Origin: Myxococcota bacterium
Lineage (GTDB): Bacteria; Myxococcota; XYA12-FULL-58-9; JALHOP01
Assembly: GCA_041288095.1 (NCBI GenBank)
Contig: JBGGMJ010000188.1
Span: forward strand, 32,001 to 96,000
DNA length: 64,000 nt
Direction: 5' to 3'
Shown here: one piece after another, positions 58,471 to 64,000 of the stretch
How the letters are laid out: the number at the start of each line of letters is the position of its first letter
Numbering within the stretch: the stretch's first letter is position 1
Made by a program: the position numbers and the translations under genes
The notes under the pieces: generated by a model
What the model was told of the DNA's origin: nothing
Seen by the model: only the letters and a program-made list of their open reading frames with translations
Database searches by the model: none

Positions 58471-59391
58471 ATGAAGCTCGATACCCTCCATCCCAAAGCC
58501 CGCATCCGTGCCCGACGTGCCTTGCGCGGACGCGTGAACCCCAACGACGTCGTGACGCCGCTGCCTTTCTCCGGCGCGCTAGACGACCGTCGCGGTGACG
58601 AAATGCTGCATCGTGGGCTCTTTCAGTTGAACCGCCGGCGCTTGAAGCCCGGCATCGTCAGCGAATCGACGCTCGAGTTCCGTGAAGCGCTGCGTGAGCT
58701 CGCCACCATCCAGTACTTCGAGACCCGCATCCTGGAGGGCGCCCGTCACGCCATTGGTCCGCACGCCAGCGAGGCACCGAAAGACGCCGCGGGTCTACTG
58801 ACCTGGCTCGATGGCCTGCGCGTCTCGGGGCCGGGCCAGCTCGACCCGATCTGGAGCTGGCTTGCCACCGAAGCCAGCGAGCACGAGCTCCATTGGTTCG
58901 TGTTGCAGGAGCTGATCGCCGAGGTCGCGACCGCCGAGCTCGTGCAGGTCGTACTGGGAAACAAGGCGACCTTGCCGGCGCTCGAGCGCTTGCGGCACAT
59001 GGCGATGCTCCTGGGCGTAACCATCCCGCACGTGGCCTCGGATTCCGATGAGGTGAGCTGGGAGTCGATGGGGCGCGCCAACCTCGTGACCGCTTTAGCG
59101 GCCAATCGCCGCTCGCAAGCCAACGCCGTCGGCGCCCTCGCGGCGATGATGATGGTGCAGCCGGCGCGCCTCGCGCTCATCGACTGTGCCCTCACGCGCT
59201 TGGGCTACGAGGTCTATCCGCCGAGCCCACCGGTGGATCGCCAAGCCGTCGCCCGTTTGCTCGACCAACAGCTCGTGCAAGACCGTGCTTCGGCCGAGCA
59301 CATTGCCGGCGGTGCTCTCATGTGGATGCGCGCCAGCGTACGCTGCCTCGACGGCTATCGCAGCCGCATGCTCCACGACAACGCCGCCTAG
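58471..59391 (+). CDS. Degenerate heme-oxygenase-like 'iron-containing redox enzyme' homolog
   Basis: GPGQ.DP...WLA, WF..QE, WES...AN...A.A.NRR...VGAL and IA.GA....RC...YR motifs; metal-ligand segments are missing. Confidence 0.65.
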   Translation: MKLDTLHPKARIRARRALRGRVNPNDVVTPLPFSGALDDRRGDEMLHRGLFQLNRRRLKPGIVSESTLEFREALRELATIQYFETRILEGARHAIGPHASEAPKDAAGLLTWLDGLRVSGPGQLDPIWSWLATEASEHELHWFVLQELIAEVATAELVQVVLGNKATLPALERLRHMAMLLGVTIPHVASDSDEVSWESMGRANLVTALAANRRSQANAVGALAAMMMVQPARLALIDCALTRLGYEVYPPSPPVDRQAVARLLDQQLVQDRASAEHIAGGALMWMRASVRCLDGYRSRMLHDNAA

Positions 59392-60998
59392 AACGCGCGG
59401 CGGATGCGGACGGTGGCGCCGGTGGTGTAATCACGCGCCGTCGACACGGCGATCGAAGCGTAGAAGTCGACCTGCAGCGTGTCCATGACGAGGAAGTGCA
59501 AGCCTGGCCCGAAGGCGTTCACGACCTCGGGCTGCGGCCCGCGGCCGGCGATGACGTGCTCGCGAAACAGCGCCGCTTCGTCGAAGATGCTGATCTTGAA
59601 CATGTCGCGCGTGAGCGAGAAGCGGTACTCGATGCCGGCGGACACGACGCGGTCGAAGTAGAACAGGTCGCTGTAGACGCCGCGGACATACGTGCCGCTC
59701 ATCGGGATGGCGTCCGCGATGCTGAACGAGCCCTCGATGAGGCCGATGTTGCTCGAGAGCCAGAGCTCGTTCCAGCCGAACTCGAAGACCTTTTGGTAGT
59801 CGATGTAGAGGGTGCCAAAACCGCCGTCGCTGCCGAGGAAGTAGCGCCCTTCACCGGTGAGGCGATGGACGCGGTCGCGCCGAGCCACGATGCGATCGAA
59901 GCTGATCTGCACCGCCAAATTCACGAACGGCAGGACGTTGGTGAAGCCATCCACGGGCGTCACGCGGTCCGCGATGTAGAGCTGCGGCTCCGTGATCTCG
60001 TCGAGCGGCACGTTCTCGACGTTCGACAGATTGCGGAACTGGAAGCCGAAGCCGGCGTTGATCTCGGCGTCTTCGGGCTCGACGCTGATGCTGAGGCTGC
60101 CGTCGAGGCGGTTGAAGAAGTAGCTCTGCACACCCACGTCTTGGCGCTGCCGGCGTAGCAAGTCCTCGCGGATTTCGAAGAGCGGACGCACGCTCTGGCC
60201 GACGATCGGCGGTGTGTAATAGCGGACGCGGCCGATGGCGCGGTTGGGGCGTAGGTCTGATCCGTTTTCGCGGAGATCGTCGAACCGCTTGAGCCCGAGC
60301 TGTGCGTCGAGATCCCAACGGTCGCGCTCGCCGAGGAGCGATGCGAAGGTATAGCCGACGCCGAAGCGGTAGCCGTTGTTGTCGATGGCGACGCTGACGC
60401 GGGCGCCTTCGGCCTTCTCGGGATCGGTGGACATGTCGATGTGCAGCTCGTAGCGGTCCCCTTGAACCAGGGGCGGCTGGCCGGGGACGATCTGCGTGAT
60501 GTCCACCTGCGGCCCTACGTGTGGCTTCTCCTGCGACGGCACCAGCTCGTAGTCGAACTGACCCTCGGTGGCCGACGGGTAGAAGCTGCGCAAGACGCGC
60601 TCGAGCTGCGGCCGGTTGAATACGTCGCCGGGGAGGCTGATTTGGGCGCGATAGGAGAGAAGCGCCGCGGGCGATTTGCCGCGCAGGACGATCTTGGCGA
60701 GCCGACCCTCGTCGATGTGGACGTGGATCTTGCCCTCTTCCAACACCTCGGCTTGGACGGTGGCGAGCGCGTAGCCGGCGCCGCGCAGGAAATCGAGCAG
60801 GACGGTCTCGATGTCGCGCGCAGTCTCCTCGTCCGCCGTGCTGTCGGGCGGCACCTTGAGCACCTCGAGATAGACCTCGTCGACCATGACCACGTTACCG
60901 TCGAGGACGATGAGCCCGTGATCGGCGGCGGCGGCCGAGCGCGCCACGGCGCACGCGACAATGCAGGTCAGGACGGCGGCGCGCCGAGTCGACAACAT
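59388..60998 (-). CDS. Omp85/TpsB-superfamily outer-membrane protein with POTRA domains
   Basis: Signal peptide; POTRA-like 'L...GY..A.V......I.I.EG'; amphipathic beta-strands; VRGVY loop motif; C-terminal Phe. Confidence 0.7.
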   Translation of the reverse strand: MLSTRRAAVLTCIVACAVARSAAAADHGLIVLDGNVVMVDEVYLEVLKVPPDSTADEETARDIETVLLDFLRGAGYALATVQAEVLEEGKIHVHIDEGRLAKIVLRGKSPAALLSYRAQISLPGDVFNRPQLERVLRSFYPSATEGQFDYELVPSQEKPHVGPQVDITQIVPGQPPLVQGDRYELHIDMSTDPEKAEGARVSVAIDNNGYRFGVGYTFASLLGERDRWDLDAQLGLKRFDDLRENGSDLRPNRAIGRVRYYTPPIVGQSVRPLFEIREDLLRRQRQDVGVQSYFFNRLDGSLSISVEPEDAEINAGFGFQFRNLSNVENVPLDEITEPQLYIADRVTPVDGFTNVLPFVNLAVQISFDRIVARRDRVHRLTGEGRYFLGSDGGFGTLYIDYQKVFEFGWNELWLSSNIGLIEGSFSIADAIPMSGTYVRGVYSDLFYFDRVVSAGIEYRFSLTRDMFKISIFDEAALFREHVIAGRGPQPEVVNAFGPGLHFLVMDTLQVDFYASIAVSTARDYTTGATVRIRRAF

Positions 60999-61029
60999 GC
61001 GTGCCCAGCCCCCTGCTGACGTCGTGGAT

Positions 61030-61680
61030 CTACTCGGTGCTACGGGCGGCTTTGCGGATGTCGGAGACGACGCGGCGGAAAGCTTGGCTCGGGTTCACGA
61101 ACTGCACGGCGAAGCCGCGATCGGTATGGCGGACCACCTTGGCGTTCGCCTGGACCTCGCCCGCCGACGCCCCCTGGTCGGCACCCTTGGGCGCGAGCAG
61201 AGAGAGCACGATGACTTTGCCGACCTCTGGAGGCTTCTTGCCGATCAACGCGGCGCCGTCGAGCGAGAGGTCGATGAGCTTGGTCTTGTTGCGCTTGCTC
61301 TTCCACCAACGCTTCGGCGCGTCGTCCTCGGGTGATTCCCACTCGACCGCGGTGTCGATGCTGACGCGCGCGTTCTGCTGTTGCGGAACGTAGCGCGACA
61401 GGAGCTCCTTGAGCTTGAGCTCGAAGTCGACGCTGGGCTCGACGAACTCGAGGCCGACCGTGCTCTTGGTGTCCCCGGCGATGCGCGCCTTGGTGCGGAT
61501 GCGCATGCCCTCGTGAACGATCTCGACGTCGACCGTTGTCCCTATCGGCCAACGCTTCGAGGTCCCAATCGACATGCCCCCCGGTGAGAGTGTGTGGGAA
61601 AGGCACGGTTCGCTTTTTCCGTCCCAGCGGACGATGACGCCAACCGAAATGTCGAAGCGCTGCTTGGTGCGTTCACTCAT
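61030..61680 (-). CDS. Tandem PilZ-domain protein
   Basis: RTKQR...LSPGG...GLEF and QNAR...DLSLDG...AVQF; ATGA overlap with the EEP gene. Confidence 0.8.
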   Translation of the reverse strand: MSERTKQRFDISVGVIVRWDGKSEPCLSHTLSPGGMSIGTSKRWPIGTTVDVEIVHEGMRIRTKARIAGDTKSTVGLEFVEPSVDFELKLKELLSRYVPQQQNARVSIDTAVEWESPEDDAPKRWWKSKRNKTKLIDLSLDGAALIGKKPPEVGKVIVLSLLAPKGADQGASAGEVQANAKVVRHTDRGFAVQFVNPSQAFRRVVSDIRKAARSTE

Positions 61681-62411
61681 GTTCGCGATTCTGTTTGTAG
61701 AACACCAAGGGGGGGTAGGGCCAGTTTGAGGATGGCCCGGAGCGGCAGGTGATCGCTGGCTCGCCGGGCGGTCTCGGTCGCGACCACCTGAGCCCCCACC
61801 AGCGCCTCCCGGGGATGGACGTATACGCGGTCCAGGGCGAGAAATGGGCGCCGGGCCGGAAATGAGCGCAGGGGCGGCGTCCCCGCGTACGCGCCCTGGA
61901 GCCGGAGGAGGGTCGCTGCCCGCCAACGCCACTCGTTGAAGTCGCCCAGGACCACGGTGGGGGTCTTGCCGTCCACTGCCGCGAATAGAAGCTCGATTTG
62001 GCGGTTACGCTCCCCGTAGCGCAGGCCGAGGTGGGTATTGACCACGCGTAACGGGCCAAAGGGGGTTTCGAGGTCCACGTCGAGGGCGCCACGGGGCTCG
62101 CGGCTCTTCACCGACAGGTCGATCCAGCGGCGCTCGAGCACGGGAAAGCGGCTCAGGATGCCGTTGCCGGTGCTCACGTCCTGGCGGCGCACCAGGGGGC
62201 CAGCGACGCCGTGCATCTGGGTGAGCTCGGCGAGACGCTCGAGCTGGTTGCCGCTCGGGTTGTCGACAGCGTGGCAATCGATCTCCTGGACGCCGACGAT
62301 GGCGGCGTCGACCTCACGCAAGACGGTCGCGATCCGTCCGAGGTCGCATACCCCATCGGTCCCGACCGCCCGGTGGATGTTGTAGGTGGCGACGGCGAGC
62401 TCGGCCGCCAT
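61677..62411 (-). CDS. Endonuclease/exonuclease/phosphatase (YbhP-like)
   Basis: ATYNIH, QE, GNGILSRFP, THLGL, GDFNEW, LDR and SDHLP motifs. Confidence 0.9.
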   Translation of the reverse strand: MAAELAVATYNIHRAVGTDGVCDLGRIATVLREVDAAIVGVQEIDCHAVDNPSGNQLERLAELTQMHGVAGPLVRRQDVSTGNGILSRFPVLERRWIDLSVKSREPRGALDVDLETPFGPLRVVNTHLGLRYGERNRQIELLFAAVDGKTPTVVLGDFNEWRWRAATLLRLQGAYAGTPPLRSFPARRPFLALDRVYVHPREALVGAQVVATETARRASDHLPLRAILKLALPPLGVLQTESRT

Positions 62412-64000
62412 CAGGCACGCACGGCCGCGGCGCCACGCCGTTCCGGGTAGACATCGCGTTTTGGCGTCCGCCCCAGCCGCCGGCGTAGCCAGATGCCGAC
62501 GCCCAAGAGCGCGAGGCCCACCGCCGCCGCGGTGACGAGCCCTTTCGGGTCACGGGTGGCGATGGCTTCGAAGACGCTCGCGCCGAAGACGTTGACGCTG
62601 ATGATGCCGGGCATGATGCCGATAGCGGTGCCGAGGATGAAGCGCGAGAAGCGCACGCCGGTGGCGCCGGCGATGACGTTGACGATGCTGAAGGGCGCGA
62701 TGGGCATCAGCCGAATGCTGACGACCGCGATGACGCCGCTCTTCTTGAAGCGGCTCACGAGGTAACGCATGCGCCGGCCGCCGAGCCGCTGAATCGTGTC
62801 CTTGCCGATGAGCCGGCCGATGCCGAAGGTGAGCGTACCGGACAGCAGCGCGCCGGTGAGTGCGATGGGAATGCCGCGCAGGGCGCCGAAGACCAGGCCG
62901 GTTTGCAACACCAGCAAGGTGAGCGGGAAGCTCAATAGGCCGGCCCCGATGAAGGCGATCACCGCGGCGCCCCACATCCACGGTTCGTTGCGCAACGGCG
63001 CGGCGAGCGCGGCGAGCCGCTTGGGATCGAGGATCTCGTGCAGCGGGGTGAAGCGATAAGCCACGGCGAGCAGCAACATGCTCACCACGATGGCGATTGT
63101 CCGCCATAGAGGACCAGAGGCCGAGCGTGCCTGCTCCTCGGGCAGCAGGGTGTCGAGCACCTTGTCGACGTCGATGGCGCTTTCCGGGTCGACGAGGCGC
63201 TCGTTGGGCAAGACGTCGTTCTTGAGCATGCTCGGCTCGGGAGGCCCGATGGGGGAAAGGCTGCGGGCGTTGCTCTGGCGCAAGCTATCGACCGCGCCGA
63301 TCATGCCGAGTCGCTCCTCCGCTTGAGCGTACATGTCCGGCGTGAGACCTAGATGCTCGGCGATGAGCCGGTGGCGCAAGCCATCGATGTGCTCGCGCGC
63401 CGCGAACGTCGTGCCTTCCCAGGCGATGTCGCACTCGCTGTCTAGGCCCATCGAGCGGTTCGACAGGTTCGACGAGCCGATGCGCGCCAAGCGGTCGTCG
63501 ACGATCATGACCTTGGAGTGGACGTTGATGCAGCCACCCTGGACGCCCGGCATGGTCGGGCAAAGGACGCGCAGGCGCTTGTGGCGGTCGGCTTCCGCGA
63601 GGAGCTCGAGCAATCGGCCGCGCAGGACGCTCATGGTGTTTTGCTCGAGCCATCCGGAGGCGATGCGCGGCAGGACCATGACGATCTCCGGGCCCTTCGG
63701 CGCTGTCAGCGAGCTGGTGAGCGCCTTGGTGATGCTGCGCGAGGTCAGGTACTGGCTCTCGATGTAGATGCGCGTCTGGGCGGCCGCGATGCTGTCGGCG
63801 TAGAGGTGCTCGACCTCGCGCACTTCGGCATGCTTGCCGCGGGCGCCGAACGTCCGGCTGATTCCGACGTCGATGTTACGCAGCTCGATGCCGAAGTCGC
63901 GCGGCCACGGGAGCTCCGAGCCGTCGACGACGTTGGCCTCGCGGTTGGTGACCGGCGCGAGACGCTTGCCGGTGGCGGCTCGCCAGCGCTCCCGCGCGAG
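62411..64000 (-). CDS. Phospholipase D (HKD) fused to VTT/DedA domain, 5'-truncated
   Basis: VHSKVMIVDD..RIGSSNLSNRSMGLDSE; C-terminal DedA 'RLMPIAPFSIVN..AG...F..GT..G..PG'; frame open to the window end. Confidence 0.88.
   Translation of the reverse strand, partial: LARERWRAATGKRLAPVTNREANVVDGSELPWPRDFGIELRNIDVGISRTFGARGKHAEVREVEHLYADSIAAAQTRIYIESQYLTSRSITKALTSSLTAPKGPEIVMVLPRIASGWLEQNTMSVLRGRLLELLAEADRHKRLRVLCPTMPGVQGGCINVHSKVMIVDDRLARIGSSNLSNRSMGLDSECDIAWEGTTFAAREHIDGLRHRLIAEHLGLTPDMYAQAEERLGMIGAVDSLRQSNARSLSPIGPPEPSMLKNDVLPNERLVDPESAIDVDKVLDTLLPEEQARSASGPLWRTIAIVVSMLLLAVAYRFTPLHEILDPKRLAALAAPLRNEPWMWGAAVIAFIGAGLLSFPLTLLVLQTGLVFGALRGIPIALTGALLSGTLTFGIGRLIGKDTIQRLGGRRMRYLVSRFKKSGVIAVVSIRLMPIAPFSIVNVIAGATGVRFSRFILGTAIGIMPGIISVNVFGASVFEAIATRDPKGLVTAAAVGLALLGVGIWLRRRLGRTPKRDVYPERRGAAAVRA

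Overview
High-GC, gene-dense bacterial chromosomal window. It is most likely from a Myxococcota/deltaproteobacterial genome, judging by a MYXO-CTERM-like metalloprotease, an AglRQS-like motor operon, CarF, a short OPX protein and Cys-rich lipoproteins. I found no rRNA, tRNA, CRISPR array or mobile element. Main content: (1) a eukaryote-like lipid cluster (sphingolipid delta-4 desaturase-like gene plus VAT-1-like reductase, with SCP2 and peroxiredoxin nearby); (2) the nucleotide-sugar operon ugd-uxs-gmd, with fcl displaced about 8 kb away; (3) a ~22 kb Wzx/Wzy glycan locus with PglF/E/C/D-like bacillosamine genes, Wzc, a short Wza, several glycosyltransferases (GTs), a GT-D-like protein and a Wzy_C/TPR ligase-like protein, bracketed by two paralogous Cys-rich DUF4397-like lipoproteins; (4) a CpxPRA-like module, DEAD-box helicase, class II photolyase, aglRQS-like genes, carF coupled to a UBP zinc finger, treY, NDH-2, a ligand-less heme-oxygenase-like protein behind a sigma54 promoter, and a PLD-DedA/EEP/tandem-PilZ/Omp85 operon. 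All calls come from motif recognition by eye; no database search was run.
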